DNA of 53,584 nucleotides from a virus: UHGV virus genome UHGV-0183426; one strand, 5' to 3'. Shown piece by piece: positions 9,846 to 18,631 of this stretch (position 1 is its first letter; each line of letters starts with the position of its first letter). The notes under the pieces were generated by a model. It saw only the letters and a program-made list of their open reading frames with translations, ran no database searches and was not told where the DNA came from. The position numbers and the translations under genes were made by a program.

Positions 9846-10287
9846 ATCGTTTCCCCTTTCTTAAAGGAAGAAGTACAGCGGCCTCATGACTCCAGCCGCG
9901 ACGTAATCTTGTATATATGGTGCGTTCACATATACCGTATTTTTCGGAAAAATAATGTATTGTGTTAGTTTCCCCGCTCACTGTTAACATCGTAGTTCTA
10001 CATGTATTGCGCATGTTTTCAGCATGTGTAACCCATCGGCAATTATCCGGTGAATAACCTTTGTCGTTATCAATTCTGTCTATCTCTAACCCTTCCTGAT
10101 AACCGTTATTGAAAGCCCACTCAATAAACTTTGATGAATCATTCAACCATTCATCACATATAGTTATATTCTTATCCTTATAGTGTTTATTTCGTGGATT
10201 CTTATCGGTTTTCCTGCATCTCGTTTTCATTCCTTTAAAAACTTCATAAAGTTTTGTGTGCGTCATTCCATGTTTTGAATAAGACAT
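9757..10287 (-). CDS. HNH-type homing endonuclease-like protein
   Basis: 176 aa; IDRIDNDKGYSPDNCRWVTHAEN nuclease-like motif; AT-rich; 3' end overlaps erf start by about 89 nt. Confidence 0.65.
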   Translation of the reverse strand: MSYSKHGMTHTKLYEVFKGMKTRCRKTDKNPRNKHYKDKNITICDEWLNDSSKFIEWAFNNGYQEGLEIDRIDNDKGYSPDNCRWVTHAENMRNTCRTTMLTVSGETNTIHYFSEKYGICERTIYTRLRRGWSHEAAVLLPLRKGKRCEERFIQKIVANSATIKSAKISAQFIRWI

Positions 10288-10436
10288 TAACTAGCCTCCT
10301 TCGCTGTTAACACTATGTATAAGGCTTTATTCGCGGCGCTCCACATTTCGGCATCGTGAAGCATTTCCGCTACTGCCAGTTTGAATTGAAGCGCCTGAAT
10401 AACCATAATGTCATCTCCGGATGTTTACATTTTGTA

Positions 10437-10727
10437 TTAATGATAGCGGACTTTATCCAGGGGTTTTTCCCCTAAATGGCGTGGTTGCGTTGCGTGGTAG
10501 TAGCTGCCGCTTTCATTTTCCGTATACCATTTTACTGATCCTTTGCGACGTTCTTTAATGCTATTTGGTTTGCATCTTTCCTCGTTTGCAAATCGAATAG
10601 CTTTATCCACATTGTCTGTTTTATTGATTGCAGGTGATGATTTTCTTTCGTTTTCTCTTTTTATCCTTCTGCGTTCCCTGGCATTCATTTTGCTATCACA
10701 TTTACCATATATAATTGTAACGCTCAT
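10437..10727 (-). CDS. N: N-like transcription antiterminator
   Basis: 96 aa; N-terminus MSVTIIYGK...NARERRRIKRENERK carries an arginine-rich motif resembling P22 gp24/lambda N; first gene leftward of cI. Confidence 0.6.
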   Translation of the reverse strand: MSVTIIYGKCDSKMNARERRRIKRENERKSSPAINKTDNVDKAIRFANEERCKPNSIKERRKGSVKWYTENESGSYYHATQPRHLGEKPLDKVRYH

Positions 10728-11104
10728 AATCTGATCTCCGTATATCCTTGATGATACTTAATAAAAAATCATCTTCGTTAATTGCCGCACTTCCAGCGGC
10801 TGACCAGATTGTTAATGAGCGGCTTAACATCTTTCAACTAATCCCGCAATCATCGCCGTTCCCGGCGTGACCTTGCTCACTCCAAGCAAGCTGACTCGTC
10901 GCCTTGCGTGCGGTTTCGTGGGGGATGTAACGCTTTAAACACCCCATGCGCCTTGTTATCAGTGCCGCTTTCGGTCCCCCATCGGGGAGTTACTCCACGG
11001 TTGACAAGGTGTTAAGCCTGATTTTTAAAGTGCCAGGAAGTTGCTTTTGTTACCTGCGCCCTTCCTTTGATTCGCAATATACGCCCCGTAAAACACCGAG
11101 TCAA

Positions 11105-11119
11105 TCCATTTTGTATACT
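11105..11119. promoter_or_regulatory. CCATTTTGTATAC element between cI and N (candidate pL-region promoter/operator)
   Basis: copy of the recurrent CCATTTTGTA(A/T)AC motif. Confidence 0.35.
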
Positions 11120-11204
11120 TTTTTAAAATATTTATATACCATTGATATTTAAATAATAAATAACGTTTTCTGTTTACGTTTTGGTGTTTTCCAGGCAAAG
11201 AAAA

Positions 11205-11220
11205 GCCGCCATTCGGCGGC
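11205..11220 (-). terminator. hairpin GCCGCC-ATTC-GGCGGC immediately 3' of cI
   Basis: GC stem followed by T-run on the minus strand. Confidence 0.5.
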
Positions 11221-11226
11221 TAATGT

Positions 11227-11874
11227 TTATGGCAGGTTTACGATCTTCGCATCAACCACCACGCCTATAATTTTTGATTCTGGATTCATAGGGATTGGCG
11301 GATACAGCGGATTCAGCGAACGTAAAAGCCTTTGACCTCCATCAATAATCAACTGTTTAAACGTCGGTATCTGCCCTTCCTCAAGCTGGGCTATAACCAG
11401 TTTGCCGTCAATAGCTGGCGCGTGCGGGTCAACAAGTATCATCGTCCCCGCCGGGATGCTTAACCCCTGCGGCGCGTTCATTGATTCACCTTTGGCAACC
11501 AGCCAGTAACTATCATCTGAACAAATAACGCTAGTCGTAACGTGTGGTAATGCTGATCGCCTTGTGTCATCCATATTGTTTACTGTGTCCTTCCAGTCAA
11601 TAACCGGGTAACTACCTAAATCACGCGGCGGTGCGGCCTGAAGTGTATTAGAAACAGAATCATCAATGACCATACCATCATGTGTAACAGTGAACTGACG
11701 ACGCCCAAGCGCCCGCATAATCCGCGCAATATCTTCAAGATTTGGCTCGCGGCGACCGTTAAGCCAGTGTGACAGGCCGCCTTTAGTTATCCCCATGAGA
11801 TCTGCGAGTGAATCCTGACTCATGCCCTGCGCCCGCATGAGCTGCTTTGCTAAGTCATACCATTTTGTTTTCAT
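11227..11874 (-). CDS. cI: CI-type repressor (HTH plus LexA-like S24 peptidase domain)
   Basis: 215 aa; N-terminal HTH (QDSLADLMGITKGGLSHWLNG), C-terminal autocleavage-type domain with GESM motif. Confidence 0.85.
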   Translation of the reverse strand: MKTKWYDLAKQLMRAQGMSQDSLADLMGITKGGLSHWLNGRREPNLEDIARIMRALGRRQFTVTHDGMVIDDSVSNTLQAAPPRDLGSYPVIDWKDTVNNMDDTRRSALPHVTTSVICSDDSYWLVAKGESMNAPQGLSIPAGTMILVDPHAPAIDGKLVIAQLEEGQIPTFKQLIIDGGQRLLRSLNPLYPPIPMNPESKIIGVVVDAKIVNLP

Positions 11875-11947
11875 GTCGCTACCCTATAACCTCAAAAGGT
11901 TTGATGCAAGTCACAAAACGTGTATTTTAAGCCTTGATCTTAAAATT

Positions 11948-11966
11948 CCATTTTGTAAACTTGCAG
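11948..11966. promoter_or_regulatory. CCATTTTGTAAACTTGCAG element in the cI/cro divergent region
   Basis: recurrent motif; near-identical to the copy at 3045-3064. Confidence 0.4.
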
Positions 11967-12179
11967 ACAAGGTAAGGCCATACTTGCAAAGACGCAAAGA
12001 AAAAGATAACGGAAGGCACAAAAGGCACTTACCTTAAGCTCTTTAAAAATCCGGTGTCGCTGCGAAGCGAAAAACAAATATCACGCAACGGCGGGATCTG
12101 TTGAGCGGTCAGTCACTGCTATCTAATGCTAATGGGATGCCCGCCCGCGCGTTCACTCTAACCATAGGAGAAAAACAAG

Positions 12180-12434
12180 ATGAGTATGCGCATGATGAAT
12201 GAAGCATGGAACGTAAAACTTAACAGCCCGATCCAAAAACTTGTCTTAATTGCGTTTGCAGAAAAGGCAGACAACAAAGGCCGCGCACATGCTTCACGCG
12301 AAGAGATCGCAAAAGTGTGCGAACTGCCACTGCATACTGCTGTTGACGCATTAAATTCATTGATCCGCAAAGGATTCATTAAACGCGCTGACGAATACGG
12401 CGACATTTATGACATTGCATTGCCGGAGGAATGA
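12180..12434 (+). CDS. winged-helix DNA-binding protein in the Cro position
   Basis: 84 aa; first gene of the rightward operon, HTH-like core (ASREEIAKVCELPLHTAVDALNSLIRKGFI). Confidence 0.5.
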   Translation: MSMRMMNEAWNVKLNSPIQKLVLIAFAEKADNKGRAHASREEIAKVCELPLHTAVDALNSLIRKGFIKRADEYGDIYDIALPEE

Positions 12435-12437
12435 TCT

Positions 12438-13490
12438 ATGAAGTGGTTTAAGCATGATAGCGATGCGAACCGCGATGAAAAACTTCAAAACGTTTTATTA
12501 GATTATGGCCTGGAAGGGTACGGGCTTTATTGGTATTGCCTAGAACTAATAACTTATGACGTAGATCAGCACAATCTAACTTTTAACCTACGACATGACG
12601 CAAGAATAATTGCGCGAAACGTCGGATCTACTGAAAAACGTACAGAAGAAATAATGAAATACTTCATCGAAATTGGTTTGTTTGAATGTTCTCAAGGCCA
12701 CATAACTTGTTTAAAGTTATTGAAAAGGCTGGACCAATCAATGACTTCTAAAAGCGCTTACAGGGCCGCCATAAACACAGCGAAGGAGCAATTAAAATTA
12801 GAAAAGTTAATCAATTCAACACCAAAAGGTCATGATAGGGTCATGACCGGGTCAGGAAAGGGTCATGAATTAGAATTAGAAGTAGAAAAAGAAAGAGAAA
12901 AAGATATATACACTTCGTGTATTGTCGAAAATGAACAAAAAATGGTCAATCAGGATGGCGTAAACGAAGCGGCATTGCGTTGCCTTGCCTTCTACAACGA
13001 CAAGGCAGGATGCAAATGTCGTGATGCTAAGCCATTCGTAGAACTACTGACAGAAACAAAAACACGTAAAGCGTATACGGAGGATGAGATCACATTAGTG
13101 ATTGAGTGGGCTTTAACGCAATGGCGTAGCCGTGGTGGAACACCTAAGCCTATCAACATTTGCCGGGTAACTAAGTTTGATGGGTATTTGGCTGATGCTG
13201 AACAATGGCGCAAGCTATCAGCTACTGTAAACGCTGCCGACGTGGTGGAAGCATTTAACAGCACGTTTGACGGCCTGTTACCACCTGCCGAACTGGATCG
13301 GGATCTTGAACGCAAGATCTATGCGTTCACTGACTACCTGAAAGACAAAAGCATTAACGGCTTTGTCGCCTACTTCGAAACGTTCAAAAACACGGCTTCA
13401 GATTTTTACTTCGGCAATGGCTTTACTGCGACACTTGATTTCCTGCTTAAACCAAAAACGCTACGTGATACACGCGCTGGCGTTCTTTGA
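12438..13490 (+). CDS. replication initiator / replisome organiser (O-like)
   Basis: 350 aa; N-terminus MKWFKHDSDANRDEKL...YGLYWYCLE typical of phage replisome-organiser N-domains; iterons plus AT-rich tract inside the gene. Confidence 0.6.
   Translation: MKWFKHDSDANRDEKLQNVLLDYGLEGYGLYWYCLELITYDVDQHNLTFNLRHDARIIARNVGSTEKRTEEIMKYFIEIGLFECSQGHITCLKLLKRLDQSMTSKSAYRAAINTAKEQLKLEKLINSTPKGHDRVMTGSGKGHELELEVEKEREKDIYTSCIVENEQKMVNQDGVNEAALRCLAFYNDKAGCKCRDAKPFVELLTETKTRKAYTEDEITLVIEWALTQWRSRGGTPKPINICRVTKFDGYLADAEQWRKLSATVNAADVVEAFNSTFDGLLPPAELDRDLERKIYAFTDYLKDKSINGFVAYFETFKNTASDFYFGNGFTATLDFLLKPKTLRDTRAGVL
12827..12910. repeat. putative replication origin: four 11-bp iterons (GGGTCATGAnn) followed by an AT-rich tract
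   Basis: aggtcatgata gggtcatgacc gggtcaggaaa gggtcatgaat then attagaattagaagtagaaaaagaaagagaaaaagatatata. Confidence 0.5.
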
Positions 13491-13863
13491 CCAACCACGA
13501 TCCGCAAAAATCCAAAATTACCCACAAAACAACCTCGCCAGCGAGCTAAAACACGCATGGTGCTACGATTGCATATCTTTAGCGGTTTAGCTCGTTATAG
13601 AGCGTTACAGAGAGGATTTTAAAATGGACGGTAAACACGTTTTCGCCCTGGCTTTTGCCATCGCTGCGGTAATCGCTGTTAACGTCGCTTTGTTCGGCGG
13701 TTTGTACCTTCTCGTTAATCCATAACCTACCTACCAGTCTGTAAATCGAAAATTAGCCACCTGATAGCGCCTCTGGCGCAAAAAAGACACTGCACCCTTA
13801 CAAATGGGTTACGCGGTGGAATTTTGCGTTGTAGCGCGTTTTACGGAAAATAAATATACATTC

Positions 13864-13876
13864 TGTAAACCGGAGG
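13864..13876 (+). promoter_or_regulatory. TGTAAACCGGAGG leader/RBS element upstream of the HTH-metallophosphoesterase gene
   Basis: identical 13-mer also at 15523-15535 upstream of the helicase gene. Confidence 0.4.
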
Positions 13877-13886
13877 AATTAACGTT

Positions 13887-15017
13887 ATGTCACAAAGAAA
13901 GATCAGCGATGAACAGTTAATCGCTGAACATAATAACGGTCTGACGTATAAACAGATCGCAGAAAAATATGGCATGGCAAAACGCAACGTCGAACGCCTG
14001 GGCGCACGGTTGGCGAAACGCGGTTTAATATCCACGCGCCGCGCACCGGGTTTTGGCGTCAATGGTGAGTCTTTGCTCGTCGATAAGGATGGCAATGTGA
14101 TTATGCGCTGGATTAAAACAGCCCGTGATCGCGATGAAATGGAAAGGCTAATGCAAGCGGCTTGCGATGCTTTCACGGAAGATATGCCACGCGCGGAGGC
14201 CGTGCCAGTGCCGGAAATTGATTTCCAAAAAAGCCTGGCCCTTTATCCGGTATTCGATCTACATATCGGGGCGCTTGCTCATAAAGCTGAATGCGGCGAA
14301 AGCTACGACACCGGGATCGCTGAACGTGTGCTAAATGATTTCTTCGACTACTCGGTAGGCGCTGCGCCAATGTCTGAAAAGGCTGTTTTACTTCTCGGCG
14401 GTGATGTGCTTCATACTGACGGCCTGTTACCAGTGACGCCATCAAGCAATCACGTCCTGGATTGCGATTCACGCTACGCAAAACTGGTTTACGTGGCGAT
14501 CCGGTCGGTCCGGCGTGCGGTCGGGAAGATGTTACTAAATCATAAGGATGTTGAAATCCAGGTGTTATCAGGCAATCACGATCAGTCAGGCATGATTTGG
14601 CTACGCGCGGCGCTGGCGGCTTTTTACGAAGATGAACCGCGCGTGACGGTTGATGTGTCCCCTGCTATCGTCCACCACACACAGTACGGCAAAACATTCC
14701 TTGCTTACCACCACGGGCACACTATCAAAAAGCCGGAAAATTTGTTGGCTGCTTGCGTAGCTGACTGGCGGGAGGATTTCGGAAAGTCGAAATATGTTTA
14801 CGTCCATGTCGGACATTTGCACCATAAATCAGTAACAGAATCATCTATAGGCATAGTTGAACACCACGGCACGTTAGCGGGCAAAGACGCTTATTCAACT
14901 AATGGAGGATGGAGATCGCAACGTTGCGCTGCGGTTATCATTTACAGTCCTGATTATGGCGAAATTGGTCGCTTTGTATATAGGCCTGAAATGGTGGGGT
15001 GTCATGATGTGGGATGA
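13887..15017 (+). CDS. HTH domain fused to a calcineurin-like/SbcD-like metallophosphoesterase
   Basis: 376 aa; N-terminal HTH (LTYKQIAEKYGMAKRNVERL); phosphoesterase motifs FDLHIG, GGDVLHTD, GNHDQ, HHGH, HVGHLHH. Confidence 0.6.
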   Translation: MSQRKISDEQLIAEHNNGLTYKQIAEKYGMAKRNVERLGARLAKRGLISTRRAPGFGVNGESLLVDKDGNVIMRWIKTARDRDEMERLMQAACDAFTEDMPRAEAVPVPEIDFQKSLALYPVFDLHIGALAHKAECGESYDTGIAERVLNDFFDYSVGAAPMSEKAVLLLGGDVLHTDGLLPVTPSSNHVLDCDSRYAKLVYVAIRSVRRAVGKMLLNHKDVEIQVLSGNHDQSGMIWLRAALAAFYEDEPRVTVDVSPAIVHHTQYGKTFLAYHHGHTIKKPENLLAACVADWREDFGKSKYVYVHVGHLHHKSVTESSIGIVEHHGTLAGKDAYSTNGGWRSQRCAAVIIYSPDYGEIGRFVYRPEMVGCHDVG

Positions 15018-15510
15018 TTTATTTACATATAGCGACGGCGTTCTATATTGGTCTTGTAACCGTGCAAATAACAAAATAAAAGCAGGTAGCGTGGCTGGAT
15101 GTAAACATTATCGCGGATATTGGACTGTACGCGTTAATGGTATTTGTTGCACATGGCGTCACCGCATTATCTGGGAAATGTTTAACGGCCCTATTCCTGA
15201 TGGAATGGAAATAGATCACATAAATCATGTACCTGGTGACGATAGAATCGAAAACTTAAGGATGGTGACAAGGAAGGAGAATAACAGAAACAAAACAATG
15301 CCATCAAGTAATACTAGCGGATGCGTTGGCGTTACGTGGAACAAGAAAACCAATAAATGGCGTGCGCAAATAGGTATAAGGTGATCTGATGGGAAAAAGA
15401 AAACAATATACGTTTATTACGGTGACTCATTTGATGATGCCGTAAAAGCAAGAAAAGAAGCTGAAAGAATGTATAACTTTCATAGCAATCACGGTATTTC
15501 TTTACCCTGA
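15004..15510 (+). pseudogene. HNH endonuclease with AP2-like DNA-binding domain, interrupted by an in-frame TGA at 15382-15384
   Basis: IIWEMFNGPIPDGMEIDHINH...ENLRMVTRKEN nuclease motif; AP2 domain continues in frame after the TGA (SDGKKKTIYVYYGDSFDDAVKARKEAERMYNFHSNHG); paralog of 41009..41539. Confidence 0.6.
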
Positions 15511-15516
15511 ATATTC

Positions 15517-15535
15517 CATTTTGTAAACCGGAGGC
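15517..15535 (+). promoter_or_regulatory. CCATTTTGTAAACCGGAGG element immediately upstream of the helicase gene
   Basis: recurrent motif fused to a GGAGG RBS 9 nt before the ATG at 15545. Confidence 0.4.
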
Positions 15536-15544
15536 AATACCATA

Positions 15545-16966
15545 ATGGTGACCGAGCAAATAAACTCATTACGCCAGGAACGGGAAGCGGCTGTGATAGG
15601 TGGCCTCCTGTTGGGCGGGCTTACTCCTAACGCGCAAGATGTTCTTGCTACGCTCGATCCTGAAGTCTTCACCATTCCACTATATAAACGAGCGTTTGAG
15701 ATCATCCGGGCGCAAGCAAGAAACAGAAACCTTATTGACGCTCTGATGGTCGGTGATGAAATCGGTAACGAAAATTTTGTCCCGCTAATGCAAACGGCGC
15801 GATCGTGTCCATCTGCTGCCAACCTTAAGGGGTACGCCGCTCTATTACAGGAGGAATATCAGCGGCGGCAAATGTTGGAACTGATGGACGATATACGCTA
15901 CAACCTGGAAACCGGGACACTTGAAGCTGTCAGGGAGACGATGAAATATTTTGATTCCCGGTATTCAAAATTAAAAGTAACGAAAGACAAGATTATCCCG
16001 GTGCTGTTGCGCGATGCGGTCCAGGAATACACGGAAGTGCTAAGTAAACGCATGGAGTGTGGCGTGAACTCTGACAACATCAAAACAGGGATTGACCCAC
16101 TCGACGAAATGTTAGGCGGCATTAACGCTACTGATCTGGTACTTATCGCCGGACGCCCTGGGTCTGGTAAATCGGCATTGGCGCTGGCAATTGCCCGCGC
16201 GGCGGCTGAACGTCCATACCCTGGCGGAGAAGGTCAGCGGGTAGGCGTTTTACTGTTCACGCTTGAAATGTCACTCGATCAGATGACTGAACGCGCGATC
16301 GCTGGCGCTGGGAACTTATCAACGGATTGCCTACGTAATCCGGTAAAACTTGATGATGAAGGATGGGCGCACGTCGCCCAGGGAATGAGCGCCCTTGCCG
16401 ATCTCGATGTGTGGATTGTTGACGCATCACAGTTAACGGTCGAGGAAATACGCGCCACCGTCGAACGGATGAAACAGGACCATCCTAACCTGGGGATGGT
16501 AATGATTGACTACATCGGGTTAATGAAGCTGGCTAAGGCCGAACGTCATGATCTCGCCGTAGGGCAATTGTCGTGGTCATTGAAAATGATGGCGAAAGAG
16601 TTGCGCGTGCCAGTGGCGGCGCTGGCGCAATTATCCCGCCGCGTTGAAGAACGACCGAACAAGCGCCCGAACAATTCCGATCTGCGTGATTCCGGTAATC
16701 TTGAACAAGACGCAGACCGGATCATCATGGTCTACCGCGACGGCTACTACAACGAACAATCAGTTGCCCGCGAATACATGGAGATCATTGTTTCAAAAAA
16801 CCGTCACGGGAAAACGGGGACTGTTTACCAGCGGTTTGACGATAACGGCAACATCATTCCATGCGACCAGGCTCGCGCGGCGTCCGCCTGCATCCAGTCA
16901 ATGCAACAACGTCCGGCAGCAAGCCGATTCTCCCCACGAAATAACCAGAATAACGCATCCTTTTAA
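15545..16966 (+). CDS. dnaB: DnaB-family replicative DNA helicase
   Basis: 473 aa; Walker A GRPGSGKSALAL, Walker B-like MVMIDYIGLM, DnaB-type N-terminal domain. Confidence 0.9.
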   Translation: MVTEQINSLRQEREAAVIGGLLLGGLTPNAQDVLATLDPEVFTIPLYKRAFEIIRAQARNRNLIDALMVGDEIGNENFVPLMQTARSCPSAANLKGYAALLQEEYQRRQMLELMDDIRYNLETGTLEAVRETMKYFDSRYSKLKVTKDKIIPVLLRDAVQEYTEVLSKRMECGVNSDNIKTGIDPLDEMLGGINATDLVLIAGRPGSGKSALALAIARAAAERPYPGGEGQRVGVLLFTLEMSLDQMTERAIAGAGNLSTDCLRNPVKLDDEGWAHVAQGMSALADLDVWIVDASQLTVEEIRATVERMKQDHPNLGMVMIDYIGLMKLAKAERHDLAVGQLSWSLKMMAKELRVPVAALAQLSRRVEERPNKRPNNSDLRDSGNLEQDADRIIMVYRDGYYNEQSVAREYMEIIVSKNRHGKTGTVYQRFDDNGNIIPCDQARAASACIQSMQQRPAASRFSPRNNQNNASF

Positions 16967-17045
16967 TTAACTTGAGCAAACGGCTTACCGGAAAGTTGAT
17001 CTCTTTCTGGTGGCTGTTTTCGCGCTTAAAACGAGGCGAAAAACA

Positions 17046-17603
17046 ATGAGCATTGAACTTGAAACAAAAGTTATCAATATCCTTGAACTGGACGGCATCG
17101 CAACAATGCACCAGCTACGCCAGAAAACCGGATTATCAGCGGAATATGACGAAGCCGGATGTTTGCCTGAGACAATTAAACACTTGATTGATACTGGTAT
17201 TGTCGAGCGTGTATATACATATTTCGGACCGCGCCGCAGATTATTGGGGTATCGAATTAAATATTTGTATGCACAACGTCGTGATCGTGTGGCGGCGTTA
17301 TTTAGTGACTACAGCGTTAAGAAGTGTATGCGTGACATTAGCGCGGAAACTGGTATCCCGTGGAATTACCTGTCGCGCACGCTGCGTTTAATGGTACTTG
17401 ATGAAACGCTTTGCATAGACACCAATAAACACGGCCTTAACTTTTACTCACTGTTTAAACCTGGGCGCTTTGGTCACGCTAATGATCTCGCGTTTGATTT
17501 TGACAGCCGCCTGAATGAATACCGGAAAAATAACGGCCTGTTACCGGATAAACCAGTATTTGAGATCGAAAAACTTAACGGTGAAACGGGGTTAGAATTA
17601 TGA
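17046..17603 (+). CDS. hypothetical protein
   Basis: ORF track 17010..17603; start set at the Met preceded by GAGG. Confidence 0.45.
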   Translation: MSIELETKVINILELDGIATMHQLRQKTGLSAEYDEAGCLPETIKHLIDTGIVERVYTYFGPRRRLLGYRIKYLYAQRRDRVAALFSDYSVKKCMRDISAETGIPWNYLSRTLRLMVLDETLCIDTNKHGLNFYSLFKPGRFGHANDLAFDFDSRLNEYRKNNGLLPDKPVFEIEKLNGETGLEL

Positions 17604-17785
17604 GACGGGTAATCTTTTATTCAGTTGAAACGTTTGTCGACGATACGCGCGTTTATTATCCGTGGGAAGTATACGACGCAAAGGTGTATACACCGCCACT
17701 GATGCGGAAATATAAACACGTAAAATTTAACCGGGTTTTTGTGCCAATGCACGATGCATTGCGGGCGCTGCGTGGGGAATTGTGA
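17600..17785 (+). CDS. hypothetical protein (61 aa)
   Basis: ORF track. Confidence 0.3.
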   Translation: MRRVIFYSVETFVDDTRVYYPWEVYDAKVYTPPLMRKYKHVKFNRVFVPMHDALRALRGEL

Positions 17786-18008
17786 AACACAATGCGGATT
17801 GTGTAAGGGGGAATTATGGACAAGGATTTAGAATTGACCGTGGAGGATTTAAGCACGATCGCGGAATACATGCGCGGCGATGATCCTGATAAGCCTGTCA
17901 CGGTTGATATGAAAAGATTAAAGGAAAATACATGACAAGCTCGCGGCTAATTTCTTTGCAGGCGATTATGTATGCGCGTGCTATATGGCGAAATAGTAAC
18001 GGTGTATC

Positions 18009-18440
18009 ATGAGGCAAATTAGATTTGAGATAGTCAACGACGCAGTGAAAGAAAATGCTATCAGGCAGATAAGAGAGATCCAGCCTGATAGCAAAAGCCC
18101 GCTGATAATCACCATTCAGGAGAAAACCCGCTCGCTAAGCCAAAATGCGTTGCTTTGGGCGCTGTTGACCGACATTAGCGATCAGGTTAATTGGTACGGT
18201 AAGAAGCTGTCGCCGGAAGACTGGAAAGCGGTATTCACTGCCGGACTTAAGAAATATGGCGTAGTCCCTAACCTGGATAAATCAGGCTTCGTTGTATTGG
18301 GAACGTCTACAAGTCGAATGAGTAAATCAGAATTCAGCGAACTAATCGAATTGATTTACTCGTTCGGCGCGGAACATGATGTTCAATGGTCGGGTGATAC
18401 GAAATTAAACGAGGAATTTATAAAACGCTGGGGGAAATAA
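18009..18440 (+). CDS. ninB: NinB/Orf recombination mediator
   Basis: 143 aa; IITIQEKTRSLSQNALLWALLTDIS...VVPNLDKSGFVVLGTSTSRM matches lambda NinB as recalled. Confidence 0.85.
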   Translation: MRQIRFEIVNDAVKENAIRQIREIQPDSKSPLIITIQEKTRSLSQNALLWALLTDISDQVNWYGKKLSPEDWKAVFTAGLKKYGVVPNLDKSGFVVLGTSTSRMSKSEFSELIELIYSFGAEHDVQWSGDTKLNEEFIKRWGK

Positions 18441-18616
18441 TGGCGCGTTATTACATGGCTAAACCTACCGGAATTTTGTATAAGGTTGATGGCGAATATG
18501 TTTATTACTTCCACAACCAGGCGCGGGAGTGGCGATTGTGTCACGCTCACTTTCAGCACGAAATAGAAAATCACCCTGAATATTTTATCAAAGTTGACAA
18601 CGTAACTGTGGCGTAA
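18440..18616 (+). CDS. hypothetical small protein (58 aa)
   Basis: manual translation; ATG overlaps ninB stop. Confidence 0.3.
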   Translation: MARYYMAKPTGILYKVDGEYVYYFHNQAREWRLCHAHFQHEIENHPEYFIKVDNVTVA

Positions 18617-18631
18617 TTGAGGATAAGCAAA

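Noticed and set aside
10946-11152. 68-aa plus-strand ORF in the N-cI intergenic region
   Set aside because: No RBS, overlaps the presumed pL/operator region and the recurrent motif; more likely regulatory DNA than a gene.
11822-12037. 71-aa plus-strand ORF overlapping the cI start, considered as a Cro candidate
   Set aside because: It overlaps the cI N-terminus and promoter region and has no HTH-like segment; the 84-aa HTH protein at 12180 is a better fit for the Cro position.
12038-12080. nutR-like boxA (AGCTCTTTA) followed by a short hairpin downstream of the cI/cro promoter region
   Set aside because: The boxA match is partial and I could not define a convincing boxB stem-loop or a matching nutL on the other side; left unannotated.
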